Of a DNA stretch of 43,889 nucleotides, positions 18,564 to 28,406 are shown piece after piece. The position numbers and the translations under genes are program-made. The notes beneath the pieces were generated by a model. That model saw only the letters and a program-made list of their open reading frames with translations. It was not told where the DNA came from and searched no databases. Origin of the DNA: an uncultured Porphyromonadaceae bacterium (lineage in GTDB: Bacteria; Bacteroidota; Bacteroidia; Bacteroidales; Muribaculaceae); NCBI GenBank assembly GCA_947178245.1, contig CAMWXO010000001.1:1-43889 (forward strand), in the 5' to 3' direction. Position 1 is the first letter of the stretch. Each line of letters starts with the position of its first letter.

Positions 18564-19700
18564 TCAGTCTTCGAGTTTGCGTGCGCCGTCGGAAATGACC
18601 ACGTCGTAGATCATGGGAGCATGGCCATATTTGTCTTCAAATTTCTCGGTGATCTCGGCCACGAATTTGTCGTGAAGCTCATTCTTCACCAGATTGATGG
18701 TGCATCCGCCGAAGCCTCCGCCCATGATTCTGGAACCAGTCACTCCGAGTTTCTTGGCTTCCTCGTTGAGGAAATCGAGCTCTACGCAGCTTACCTCGTA
18801 GTCTTTCGAGAGGCCTTCGTGGGTCTCATACATCTTCTTGCCTACAGTCTCGTAGTCGCCGGCGTTGAGAGCGTCGCAGACGGCGAGCACGCGGGCCTCC
18901 TCGCCGATGACGAAGCGGGCGCGCTTATAGTCTTCTTCCGAGATCTTGTCTTTCACAGCATCGAGTTCCTCCATTGTGGCGCCACGCAGAGAGGGGCGGC
19001 CGAGGGCGGCTGCGACGCGCTCGCAGCTTTCGCGGCGCTTGTTGTAGGGGGAATCCTTCAGCTCATGCTTCACGCGCGAGTCCACGAGCACGAGGCGGTA
19101 GTCTTCGGGTGCGAAGGGGAAATATTCAAATTCCGAGCTGCGGCAGTCGAGACGCATAAGGTTGCCTTTCTTGCCCATTACGGAAGCGAACTGATCCATG
19201 ATGCCGCACTTCACGCCGCAGTAGTTATGCTCGGTGCTCTGGCCGATGCGGGCGAGTTCGAACTTGTCGATCTTGTTGTCGTTGAAAAGATCATTGAGGG
19301 CGAACGCGAAGCAGCTTTCGAGGGCAGCCGAAGATGAGAGTCCGGCGCCGAGGGGCACATTGCCGGCAAAGACAGCGTCGAATCCCTCCACTTTACCGCC
19401 GCGCTTGATAATCTCGCGGCATACTCCGAACACGTAGCGTGCCCAGCTCTGCGAGGGAGCGTCTTCCTCGTTGAGTCCGAACTCTGCGTAGTCGTCGATG
19501 TCGATGGAATAGACGCGCACCTTATCGGTGCCGTTCGGACGGATTTCCGCCATTATCACCTTATCGATTGCACCGGGGAAGACATAGCCTTCATTATAGT
19601 CTGTGTGTTCGCCGATGAGATTGATGCGGCCTGCTGAGGCATACATTGTGCCCGGCTTGCCGAAGCGCTGCAGGAAAAGCTGCTTGATTTTTTCTTTCAT
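18564..19700 (-). CDS. galK: Galactokinase
   Basis: GRINLIGEHTDYN, PLGAGLSSSAA, CGIMDQF, GSRIMGGGFGGC. Confidence 0.97.
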   Translation of the reverse strand: MKEKIKQLFLQRFGKPGTMYASAGRINLIGEHTDYNEGYVFPGAIDKVIMAEIRPNGTDKVRVYSIDIDDYAEFGLNEEDAPSQSWARYVFGVCREIIKRGGKVEGFDAVFAGNVPLGAGLSSSAALESCFAFALNDLFNDNKIDKFELARIGQSTEHNYCGVKCGIMDQFASVMGKKGNLMRLDCRSSEFEYFPFAPEDYRLVLVDSRVKHELKDSPYNKRRESCERVAAALGRPSLRGATMEELDAVKDKISEEDYKRARFVIGEEARVLAVCDALNAGDYETVGKKMYETHEGLSKDYEVSCVELDFLNEEAKKLGVTGSRIMGGGFGGCTINLVKNELHDKFVAEITEKFEDKYGHAPMIYDVVISDGARKLED

Positions 19701-19756
19701 AGGTATATGTTTTAGGTTGTGTTTTTTGGGGGGTTATATGATATGTAAGATTTATA

Positions 19757-22159
19757 TTATTCTACGGGGATGGTGATGCGTGCCGGCTTCAGACCTTTTG
19801 ATGTGGCTTCGAGAGTGAGGGCTCCGGGCTTTTGTCCGCTCTTCACTATCACAGTGGCGGCTCCGCTGAAGAGATCCATCTCGGGCTTGTTGAAGTCGCG
19901 CAGCGACGTGGGGTCACCGTTGGCGGTGGCGCGGAAAGTTCCGTCGCCCGTCACCTTGAACTTCACCAGAGGCTCTGCATCAGGCACGATATTGCCATCC
20001 TTGTCTTCAACGCGCACCGTGATATAGGCGAGGTCGTCGCCATCGGCCTGCAGTGAAGACCTGTTGGAGCTCAGCACTATGCGGTAGGGCTTGCCTGCTG
20101 TGCGCACCACTGCTTCTCCGGCCACTGAGCCATCGGCATTGTAGGCCACGGCTTTAACTTCGCCGGGTTCATATATGGTCTCGTTCCACATCAGGCGGTA
20201 GCGGTTAAGGTTGGTGGAGTCGTTCTTCTCCCTCACGCCCTGCGACTTGCCGTTGATGAAGAGCTCGGCTTTCGGCGCGTCGGTGTAGACAAACACGGGT
20301 GTCACCTCGCCTTCGCGTCCGGCCCAGTTCCAATGGGGCAGTATATGAAGCGTATGCTCCTTCTCGTTCCATTTTGAGCGGTAGAGCCAGAACCGGTCTT
20401 TCGGCAGCGATGCGAGGTCGAAGATGCCGAAATATGAACTGTGGCTCGGCCATGCGTCGGTGTCGTAGGGCGAAGGCTCGCCGAGATAGTCGAATCCGGT
20501 CCATACGAACAGCCCCATATCCCAGGGATAGTCGTCGGCAGCCGCGAAGTCGTCGTCGGGCAGATTGCTCCATGAGCAATATTCCACGTCATAGCCTGAG
20601 CTCTGATTGTCGGGGCGCGTCACGTTGTAGGCTTTCTCCACGGGGAAATAGTATTTGCCACGGCTCGACACTGTGGATGCCGTCTCCGAACCGAGAAGGA
20701 AATTCTGAGGCAATTTGCCGATGGCGTCCTTATATTTATGCACCCTGTAGTTGAATCCGGGCACGTCGAGCGCTGCTGCAAAGCCGTTGGATGTCACCGC
20801 ATCCACCTGATCCATACCGCATGTGACGGGGCGCGTAGGGTCTTCGCGGTGCACTATGTCCTGAAGGAATGTCAGTTCACTGAGTCCGTCGGGGCCCCAC
20901 TGCGACGGCACCTCGTTGCCGATCGACCACATCACTACGGAGGGATAGTTGCGGTACTGGCGCACCATGTTCTGCACATCGCGCTCAGCCCATTCGTTGA
21001 AGATCACTCCATAGCCGTTTTTCGATTTTGGGCGGAAGCCCCAGTCGTCGAAAGGCTCTATCATCAGCATAAGGCCCAACTCGTCGCATAGCTCCACGAG
21101 CTCCGGCGCCGGCATGTTGTGGGCTGTCCTCACGGCGTTGGCGCCCATATCCTTCAGGAGTTCCAGCTGATGGCGCAGGGCCGACTTATTGACGGCTGCT
21201 CCCAGCGGGCCGAGGTCGTGATGATTGCATACGCCCTTGAACTGTATCTTCTCGCCGTTGAGGAAGAATCCTTCGCCCGCTCTCACTTCCACGCTGCGGA
21301 TGCCGAAGCGGGTGGAGTATTCGTCCACAACCTTCCCGTCGGCTATCACCTTGGTGGTGGCGTGATACAGGGCCGGCGTCTCGGGCGACCAAAGCCGGGG
21401 ATTGTCCACACGGAAATTCTGAGGGAGATCGACTCCGGGATAGATCTTGTAGTCGTGGGTGTCAGACGCCACTACCTTTCCGTCGGGAGCGGTTATCTCT
21501 GTCGAGAGCGTTACTTTCTGTCCTTTCTCGGCTCCTTCGAGAGTCGTAGAAAGATGCACTGTGGCATAGTCCTTGCTCACGTATGGAGTAGTGAGCCGGG
21601 TGCCCCATACGGGGATGTGCACCTTATCGGTGGAAATCAGACGCACATTGCGGTAGATGCCGGCTCCGGGATACCAGCGGGATGACATCGGTTTGTTTTC
21701 GAGACTCACCTCAAGAGCGTTCTCGCCGGGATGCACCAGCGGAGTTATGTCTACGTAGAAAGAATTGTAGCCGTAGGGCCAGACAGTGGCGAGCTTTCCG
21801 TTTACATAGACGTGAGCGTCGCTCATCGCCCCGTCGAAGACGAGCGCGTAAGTGCGCCCGTCGGCTTCAGGTATATTTATCGAAGTGGTGTAGAATCCCT
21901 TGCCGGCGTATGGGAGGCCGCCGGTGCGACCCGTCTTCCAGGTCTCTTCTTTCTCGCCGTTCTGCTCCACAGCTACTTTCTGGAGGTCGTGCTTCCGGTC
22001 GAAGGGGCCGTAGATGGCCCAGTCATGAGGCACTTGCACGGCTTTCCATGCCACTGAGTCTTGAGAAAAGCTCCAGTCTCTGACCAATGTCTCCGTTCTC
22101 ACCTGCGCCATAGCCGGAAGGGCGGCGATAGCCAGGGCTGCGACAAAAAGATTCTTCAT
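19757..22159 (-). CDS. GH2 beta-galactosidase (DUF4982-containing), exported
   Basis: VPHDWAI, SRWYPGAGIYR, KGVCNHHD, WSIGNE, SET, WTGFDYLGEP; signal peptide ...AMA|Q; upstream of galK-galM. Confidence 0.9.
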   Translation of the reverse strand: MKNLFVAALAIAALPAMAQVRTETLVRDWSFSQDSVAWKAVQVPHDWAIYGPFDRKHDLQKVAVEQNGEKEETWKTGRTGGLPYAGKGFYTTSINIPEADGRTYALVFDGAMSDAHVYVNGKLATVWPYGYNSFYVDITPLVHPGENALEVSLENKPMSSRWYPGAGIYRNVRLISTDKVHIPVWGTRLTTPYVSKDYATVHLSTTLEGAEKGQKVTLSTEITAPDGKVVASDTHDYKIYPGVDLPQNFRVDNPRLWSPETPALYHATTKVIADGKVVDEYSTRFGIRSVEVRAGEGFFLNGEKIQFKGVCNHHDLGPLGAAVNKSALRHQLELLKDMGANAVRTAHNMPAPELVELCDELGLMLMIEPFDDWGFRPKSKNGYGVIFNEWAERDVQNMVRQYRNYPSVVMWSIGNEVPSQWGPDGLSELTFLQDIVHREDPTRPVTCGMDQVDAVTSNGFAAALDVPGFNYRVHKYKDAIGKLPQNFLLGSETASTVSSRGKYYFPVEKAYNVTRPDNQSSGYDVEYCSWSNLPDDDFAAADDYPWDMGLFVWTGFDYLGEPSPYDTDAWPSHSSYFGIFDLASLPKDRFWLYRSKWNEKEHTLHILPHWNWAGREGEVTPVFVYTDAPKAELFINGKSQGVREKNDSTNLNRYRLMWNETIYEPGEVKAVAYNADGSVAGEAVVRTAGKPYRIVLSSNRSSLQADGDDLAYITVRVEDKDGNIVPDAEPLVKFKVTGDGTFRATANGDPTSLRDFNKPEMDLFSGAATVIVKSGQKPGALTLEATSKGLKPARITIPVE

Positions 22160-22224
22160 CGTAATTTTCAGTTCGGTTTTATAGGTTAACGAAGTGGAAG
22201 TGCTCCACGGGGGCAATCCACAAA

Positions 22225-22232
22225 CAAAGGTA
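22225..22232 (-). promoter_or_regulatory. -7 promoter box for GH2-galK-galM
   Basis: TACCTTTG on the minus strand. Confidence 0.55.
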
Positions 22233-22269
22233 ATAAAAAACTGCCGAATCACCAAAAAAGAGTGGAAAA

Positions 22270-23349
22270 TTATTTGCGCAGACGTTTCAGTGCCTTTGCG
22301 AGGCGGTGGTCGCCGAAGTCGGAGTCATAGTTCCAGACAAACACGCCCGGGAATTCGTTGGTGCGCACGAAGTCCATTTTGGCGGCTATCGAGCGCTCGT
22401 CGTCGAAGCCCATCAGGAGATTGCCCTGCTCATCCGCATAGTAGACGGCTTGCGAGTCATCATCCCATATCGGTTTCAGATCTCCCTCATATCTGTCGAA
22501 TATCCGGCAATCCGCGTAGGTGGGGAAAGGACTCCTGCCCCGCCCGAAGAAAGGTATCCCGATTAGAAGTTTTTCGTGTGGTACTCCCAGCTCGAGATGT
22601 TTCCTCACCGATTCCATCACGCACCAGTGGCCGGTGGCGTCGCTTGAATAGAGAGGGCTCTGATGATATGATTTCTTTTCGTCTTCACGAGGCACCGAGA
22701 GATTATAGCCCGATACGTGGACGTAGCTCACGTATGGTGCCATACGCTTATGGTCGATGAATTTACCCGAGTTGTTGGAATAGTAAGAGATCCATTTGTC
22801 TTTCCCGAGCGCCTTTCGCAGATCTTTGACCAGCGTCACATAGTTGCGGTCATCCTTCGGAGAAGCCGTGTGCCCGCCATCGGTGGTGGTGGGGAATTCC
22901 CAGTCGAGATCCACGCCGTCGAGTCCGTATTCCTCTATTATCTCCTTCACATTCCTCACTAACGCCTTCCTTTTCTTGCGGTCGCCGGCCATCTCGCTGA
23001 AGCCCTCTCGTTTGTAGCCTCCGAGTCCGAGAAGCACCTTCAGCTCCGGATTCTTTTTCTTGAGGTCAGACATGCCACGAAGTTTCTCCGGCTTGGATAT
23101 CACCACTCCGTCGTTGTCTTCATTGAATTCGGCAAAGGCATATACAAGATGGGTGAAAAGATTGGCGTCGGGAATCCCCTTCCTCCAGTCTTCCACGTAT
23201 GCGAGCGCTATCTTGCTGCTTTGGTCGAGTGAGGCTGCTGTGTGGTCTCCCTTCTTCAGCGACACAGAGGTCTGACTCCATACGGTGAGGGTGGTGACGG
23301 CTATCAGAAAGACAGCCGCAAGCAGTGCAAATAAGTTCTTCCTTTTCAT
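22270..23349 (-). CDS. GH18 chitinase / endo-beta-N-acetylglucosaminidase family protein
   Basis: FTHLVYAF, KVLLGLGG, catalytic DGVDLDWE, KLLIGIPFFG, GVFVW; signal peptide ...VWS|Q. Confidence 0.9.
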   Translation of the reverse strand: MKRKNLFALLAAVFLIAVTTLTVWSQTSVSLKKGDHTAASLDQSSKIALAYVEDWRKGIPDANLFTHLVYAFAEFNEDNDGVVISKPEKLRGMSDLKKKNPELKVLLGLGGYKREGFSEMAGDRKKRKALVRNVKEIIEEYGLDGVDLDWEFPTTTDGGHTASPKDDRNYVTLVKDLRKALGKDKWISYYSNNSGKFIDHKRMAPYVSYVHVSGYNLSVPREDEKKSYHQSPLYSSDATGHWCVMESVRKHLELGVPHEKLLIGIPFFGRGRSPFPTYADCRIFDRYEGDLKPIWDDDSQAVYYADEQGNLLMGFDDERSIAAKMDFVRTNEFPGVFVWNYDSDFGDHRLAKALKRLRK

Positions 23350-23463
23350 TTTTCAGGGTCAAGATGGCTGTTAAGTCGTTTTCCTAATGCTAAAGTAGCA
23401 AATTCCCCAATAGTATCAAAATAAAAATAATCACTTAAAGCGGCATTCATGGTTTGCGTCATC

Positions 23464-23532
23464 GAAAAATCATCATTTGCTACATTTGAAAATCATCGTT
23501 TGGAGCATTGAAAAATCATCGTTTGCTACATT
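23464..23532. repeat. Three tandem 23-bp direct repeats
   Basis: GAAAAATCATCATTTGCTACATT / TGAAAATCATCGTTTGGAGCATT / GAAAAATCATCGTTTGCTACATT, contiguous, no spacers. Confidence 0.9.
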
Positions 23533-23724
23533 GACGTTTTTTTACTGTTGCTATACAAGCATGTCTCATTCGTAGGCAGATATGCTGATTTTGTGTTTTA
23601 TTATTGTGTTAATCAGCTATTTGTCAAATATTCGCAATCTTATATTCGGAATTATGAATTTATATTATTATTGAAATTTGGATATAATGATTCTTTTTAC
23701 TATTTTTGCACAAAAAATGTCATC

Positions 23725-25008
23725 ATGGCAGCATATAAACCGCGTATAGCTGATTTGATTCTTTCCGAAAAATTGGAAGGAATGGGCGCCACGTTGATAG
23801 AAGGCATGAAATGGTGCGGAAAAACGACTACGGCTGAGCAAAAAGCAAAAAGTGTCATCTATCTTGACGAACCGGGGAAAAAACAGCAATATCTCAATAT
23901 TGCAGCATTGAATCCGCAAAAATTGCTGATCGGGAAATATCCACGCCTGCTTGATGAATGGCAGATAGTACCTGAACTGTGGGACGCGGTGCGTTTCGCT
24001 GTAGATCACGGAGACCAAGACGGCATGTTTATACTGACCGGTTCCGCAGTTCCTTTGACAGATAAGGAGAAACAAAAGATAAGTCATAGCGGTACGGGAC
24101 GGATCGCACGTGTCAAGATGCGCACCATGTCATTATGGGAATCACAGGAATCCTCGGGGGAAGTTTCTCTCAAAGAGTTATTTTCAAAAGAATCTGACAT
24201 AAATGGCATTGGAGAAATCGACCTGGAAACTATTGCATACTACGTATGTAGAGGCGGATGGCCGAAAAGTATTTCACAAAGGCCGCAGATAGCATTAGGC
24301 AGAGCATTCGACTATTATGATGCAATAGTAAACTCGGACATCTCCCGAACTGATAATACTCTTGGCAATCCTGATCGGGTAAGGCTTATACTCCGTTCTT
24401 ATGCGCGTCATCAAGGAGCACAGGCGTCGATCGTGTCGATCAGAGATGACATCAAAAGCAACGATATCATGGCAATGGATGAGCGCACCGTTGCCGCCTA
24501 TATCGAAACTTTACGAAAGATATTTGTTGTAGAAGACATGCCGTCATGGAATCCGAATCTTCGGTCTAAAATTGCTATCCGTACCTCTGATACAAGATAT
24601 TTTTCTGATCCCTCAATAGCATCCGCGTCTTTAGGATTAGGCCCTGCAGATCTTATCAATGATTTGGAAACATTCGGACTTCTATTTGAAACTATGTGTA
24701 TTAGAGACCTACGGGTGTATGCTGAAGCTATCGGGGGGGCTGTGTATCATTATCGGGACAGCAGCGGCTTGGAATGTGATGCGGTCATACATTTGCGTAA
24801 TGGTAACTACGGTCTAATAGAAATTAAATTAGGTGGAGACAAAGCCATAGAAAACGGTGTGAAGACATTGGATGCTTTGGCAAAAAAAATTGACACCACA
24901 CGTATGAAAGCCCCAAGTTTTAAAATGGTACTTACAGCTGTTGGGCCCTATGCATACCGCAGACCTGATGGAACATACGTTGTGCCTATCACTACTTTAA
25001 AAGACTGA
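23725..25008 (+). CDS. AAA_14 ATPase with DUF4143 and C-terminal PD-(D/E)xK-like segment
   Basis: Walker A GMKWCGKTT, Walker B LLDEWQ, ILTGS, RYFSDPS, GLLFE, ECDAV...LIEIKL; TATTTTTG promoter at 23701-23708; AT-rich codon usage. Confidence 0.88.
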   Translation: MAAYKPRIADLILSEKLEGMGATLIEGMKWCGKTTTAEQKAKSVIYLDEPGKKQQYLNIAALNPQKLLIGKYPRLLDEWQIVPELWDAVRFAVDHGDQDGMFILTGSAVPLTDKEKQKISHSGTGRIARVKMRTMSLWESQESSGEVSLKELFSKESDINGIGEIDLETIAYYVCRGGWPKSISQRPQIALGRAFDYYDAIVNSDISRTDNTLGNPDRVRLILRSYARHQGAQASIVSIRDDIKSNDIMAMDERTVAAYIETLRKIFVVEDMPSWNPNLRSKIAIRTSDTRYFSDPSIASASLGLGPADLINDLETFGLLFETMCIRDLRVYAEAIGGAVYHYRDSSGLECDAVIHLRNGNYGLIEIKLGGDKAIENGVKTLDALAKKIDTTRMKAPSFKMVLTAVGPYAYRRPDGTYVVPITTLKD

Positions 25009-25100
25009 CAGTCCACAATCAATCAGAAATGCTGATCTATTATAAGCCATTTTCCTGATGTATTATTTCTCTGTTTTGCAGACCGATATCCCAGTGTGAA

Positions 25101-26309
25101 ATGAAGTCAATGTTTTATTGCGGACTTAAACGCAGCCTGATGATCGGCGCGATAATCTTTCTCGGCTGCCTCAGTGTCATGGGGCAGCGTGCTGACTCGT
25201 GCCGGTGGAAGATCAGGAGCGGCATCGGGGTGGACGCGCGATCGTCATACGTCTTCTCATCTTTCCTTGATGACATAATGAGCGATATGGTGAATATGGA
25301 GCATGCGCGCTACACCCGTGTCTCCACGTCGCTTCATCTTAAATTCGGATTCACCTTTTCTGAAGAGTCATCGTTGGCCCGGTCATTTCCACCTTCATGG
25401 CAAGGTATCGGCACGGGGCTTAATTTTTTGGGGAATCCGCGCGGCATCGGCAATCCCGTGTCGGTGTATCTTTTTCAGGGGGGCCCGATATGGAGGCTGA
25501 CCGACAGGCTGTCGGTATTTTACGAATGGAATTTCGGAGCCTCGTTCGGATGGAGGCCTTGCAATCCGGAGCGTGCCGCTTCCAATCTTATCACCGGATC
25601 ACGCGTAAACGCCTATATCAATCTCGGAGCGGGACTCAGATGGCGTCTTGACAAACATTTCGATTTGACCGCCGGATTGGATCTCACTCACTTCTCGAAT
25701 GGAAACACTTCGTTTCCGAACCCCGGCGTGAACATGGCCGGCGTCAGGATTGGAGTGTCGAGATCGTTTGGCAGGGAAGAGCCGGCGAGGCAGTCGGAGC
25801 TGGACACGATAGCCGGGAAAAAGAAACCCGGATATGATGTCACGCTATATGGCGCATGGAGGAGGAGGGTCTACAGAGGGGGCGAGACTCCGGTTTTGCT
25901 CAATGGCAAATTCGGGGTATGCGGCATCGGCTTCTCGCCGATGTGGCGCGTCTCTGAAACATTCCGGGCGGGGTTCTCGGCCGACTTCCAGTGGGATGAG
26001 AGTACTGATCTTAAACGTAATCATATCTCAGGCTCAACGTCGGATGATATCCGGTTTCAACATCCGTCGTTCCTGCGTCAGGTATGCGCCGGATTGTCCG
26101 GACGGGCCGAGCTCGTGATGCCCATCTTCTCGGTGAATGTCGGTATGGGCTACAATATCATTGGCCCGGAAGAGACAAGAGCCACATATCAGCTTGCCAA
26201 TCTGAAGGTGCGCGTAGGAGGGGGCTTCTTCCTCAACATCGGCTATCAGCTTCTCAACTTCCACAAGCAGAACAACCTGATGCTCGGCGCCGGATACTCG
26301 TTCAGGTAG
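25101..26309 (+). CDS. Acyloxyacyl hydrolase / PagL-like lipid A 3-O-deacylase, outer-membrane barrel
   Basis: Signal peptide ...VMG|Q, amphipathic beta-strands, THFSNG...PNPGVN motif, terminal GAGYSF. Confidence 0.75.
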   Translation: MKSMFYCGLKRSLMIGAIIFLGCLSVMGQRADSCRWKIRSGIGVDARSSYVFSSFLDDIMSDMVNMEHARYTRVSTSLHLKFGFTFSEESSLARSFPPSWQGIGTGLNFLGNPRGIGNPVSVYLFQGGPIWRLTDRLSVFYEWNFGASFGWRPCNPERAASNLITGSRVNAYINLGAGLRWRLDKHFDLTAGLDLTHFSNGNTSFPNPGVNMAGVRIGVSRSFGREEPARQSELDTIAGKKKPGYDVTLYGAWRRRVYRGGETPVLLNGKFGVCGIGFSPMWRVSETFRAGFSADFQWDESTDLKRNHISGSTSDDIRFQHPSFLRQVCAGLSGRAELVMPIFSVNVGMGYNIIGPEETRATYQLANLKVRVGGGFFLNIGYQLLNFHKQNNLMLGAGYSFR

Positions 26310-26320
26310 GGCCTGAAGAA

Positions 26321-26364
26321 ATCCGCCGGCCCTGCAAGCGGATTCCTTGCTTGAGCCGGCGGAT
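26321..26364. terminator. Hairpin between convergent pagL-like gene and panB
   Basis: ATCCGCCGGC ... GCCGGCGGAT 10-bp outer stem with inner GCAAG/CTTGC pairing. Confidence 0.65.
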
Positions 26365-26385
26365 AAGTGAATTTTGGCTTAATTG

Positions 26386-27207
26386 TCAGTACTGCTCCTT
26401 CTCGTTTGGGAAGTCGCCGCTCTTCACGTCGTCGATATAATGGCGGAAGGCGTCGGTCATTATGTCGCCTATGCGGGCGTAGCGGCGCAGGAAGCGGGGT
26501 GAGAAGCCCTGGGTCATGCCCAGCATGTCGTGCATCACGAGCACCTGGCCGTCGACCCCTCCGCCGGCACCGATTCCTATCACGGGAATGGTAAGTTCTT
26601 TCGCTACCTTCTCGGCGAGCTTTGCCGGAATCTTCTCAAGCACGATGGCGAAGCATCCTATCTCCTCGAGGAGTTTGGCGTCTTCAATGAGTTTTTTTGC
26701 TTCAGCCTCCTCTTTGGCACGCACGCTATAGGTGCCGAATTTGTTGATGCTCTGCGGAGTGAGTCCGAGATGCCCCATCACTGGGATGCCGGCGCAGAGG
26801 ATTCGGCTTATCGACTCGGCTATCTCGGCGCCGCCTTCCAGTTTCAGCGCCTCGGCGTGGCTCTCCTTCATAACGCGGATGGCAGACGCGAGAGCTTCCT
26901 TTGAATTGCCCTGATACGTTCCAAACGGAAGGTCTACCACAACAAGCGCGCGTTTCGCGGCTTTCATCACCGACTTGGCGTGATAGATCATCTGGTCGAG
27001 TGTGATAGGGAGGGTGGTGACGTTGCCGGCCATGACGTTGGAGGCCGAGTCGCCCACGAGGATGACGTCCATTCCGGCTTCATCCACTATTTTTGCCGAG
27101 GTGTAGTCGTAGGCTGTGAGCATGGAGATCTTTTCTCCCCGGTGCTTCATCTCTGTAAGGCGGCTTGTAGTCACCTTGCGTGTATTTTCTGCTTGGGCTG
27201 TAGACAT
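26386..27207 (-). CDS. panB: 3-methyl-2-oxobutanoate hydroxymethyltransferase
   Basis: [46 protein letters not shown]. Confidence 0.97.
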   Translation of the reverse strand: MSTAQAENTRKVTTSRLTEMKHRGEKISMLTAYDYTSAKIVDEAGMDVILVGDSASNVMAGNVTTLPITLDQMIYHAKSVMKAAKRALVVVDLPFGTYQGNSKEALASAIRVMKESHAEALKLEGGAEIAESISRILCAGIPVMGHLGLTPQSINKFGTYSVRAKEEAEAKKLIEDAKLLEEIGCFAIVLEKIPAKLAEKVAKELTIPVIGIGAGGGVDGQVLVMHDMLGMTQGFSPRFLRRYARIGDIMTDAFRHYIDDVKSGDFPNEKEQY

Positions 27208-27270
27208 TGGTCTTGTTTGGAATTAGTTTGGGTATGCGATATATAAGATATATAATTTATATATAATATA

Positions 27271-28392
27271 TTAATGGGTCTGCACTGCTTTTGTCGGGGG
27301 GAGCGTCGCGTTGCGCTTGGTGCATTCCTCCACCACCATCACGGCGAGTTCATGGAAAGCAAGCGCCTCGGGATTTTCTGAGATTTCTCCGCCGGTGCAT
27401 CGGGCTGCCGAGGGGCATCCGCTGTCGGCATCCCCGCAGATGTCTGCCACGAGTGGAATCTGTGCAAGAAGAGGCACGTTGAGTTGGTCGGCGAGGCGTG
27501 ATGCGCCTTCCTTGCCGAAAATAAAGTATTTCTCCTCAGGATGGGGTGCCGGAGTGAACCATGCCATATTCTCGACAAGGCCGAGAATGGGAACGTTGAT
27601 TTTCTCGCTGCGGAACATTCCGATGCCCTTTCTGGCGTCGGCGAGCGCCACTTCCTGCGGCGTGCTCACCACTATCACCCCTGTGATGGGGAGGGTCTGC
27701 ACGAGAGTGAGGTGGATATCGCTCGTGCCCGGCGGCATATCGATGAGGAAATAGTCGAGATCGCCCCACCATGCGTCGGTGATCAGTTGCTTAAGCGCGT
27801 TTGAGGCCATACCTCCGCGCCATAGCACCGGACTATCCTTGTCTACGACAAAGCCTATGCTCAGCATCTTCACGCCGTATTTCTCCACAGGCTCGATCCA
27901 GTCGCGGCCTTCCTGATTCACCATGTAGAGTTTCTCGTCTTCCACTCCGAACATTTTGGGCATCGACGGGCCGAAGATGTCGGCGTCAAGAAGTCCTACC
28001 TTATAGCCGTGGGCCGCGAGAGCGATGGCAAGGTTGGCGGCCACGGTAGATTTTCCCACTCCGCCTTTTCCGGAACTGATTCCGATGATGTTTTTCACTC
28101 CCGGGAGCGGCGTTGTTGGCTTGGGAGCCTCAGCCTGCCGGTATTTTACGCTGATACGCCCCTTGACGTCGATGTCCGGATCGGCAAAAACGGGTAGTGT
28201 GGCTTCAGCCGCACGCACCACTGACTTTATGAAGGGATCGGTGGGACGGTCGAAGATAAGGGAGAAAGACACCTTGTTCCCGTCTATCCGGATGTCGTCT
28301 TCCACCATTCCGAGTTCCACGATATTCTTTCCGTTGCCCGGATATTTGACGTTTGTGAGCGCGTCAAGTATCAGTTTGGGATATATAGCCAT
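27271..28392 (-). CDS. mrp: Mrp/NBP35 (ApbC) Fe-S cluster carrier ATPase
   Basis: N-terminal FeS-assembly domain, SGKGGVGKST, DADIFGPS, WRG, DMPPGTSD, VENM. Confidence 0.95.
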   Translation of the reverse strand: MAIYPKLILDALTNVKYPGNGKNIVELGMVEDDIRIDGNKVSFSLIFDRPTDPFIKSVVRAAEATLPVFADPDIDVKGRISVKYRQAEAPKPTTPLPGVKNIIGISSGKGGVGKSTVAANLAIALAAHGYKVGLLDADIFGPSMPKMFGVEDEKLYMVNQEGRDWIEPVEKYGVKMLSIGFVVDKDSPVLWRGGMASNALKQLITDAWWGDLDYFLIDMPPGTSDIHLTLVQTLPITGVIVVSTPQEVALADARKGIGMFRSEKINVPILGLVENMAWFTPAPHPEEKYFIFGKEGASRLADQLNVPLLAQIPLVADICGDADSGCPSAARCTGGEISENPEALAFHELAVMVVEECTKRNATLPPTKAVQTH

Positions 28393-28406
28393 GATTTTCA
28401 GTTTTT

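Noticed and set aside
23464-23532. 23-bp repeats as a mini-CRISPR
   Set aside because: Units are contiguous with no spacers
23548-23724. N-terminal extension of the AAA ORF given in the ORF track
   Set aside because: AT-rich non-coding-like sequence containing the promoter; the family-like sequence begins at MAAYKPR (23725)
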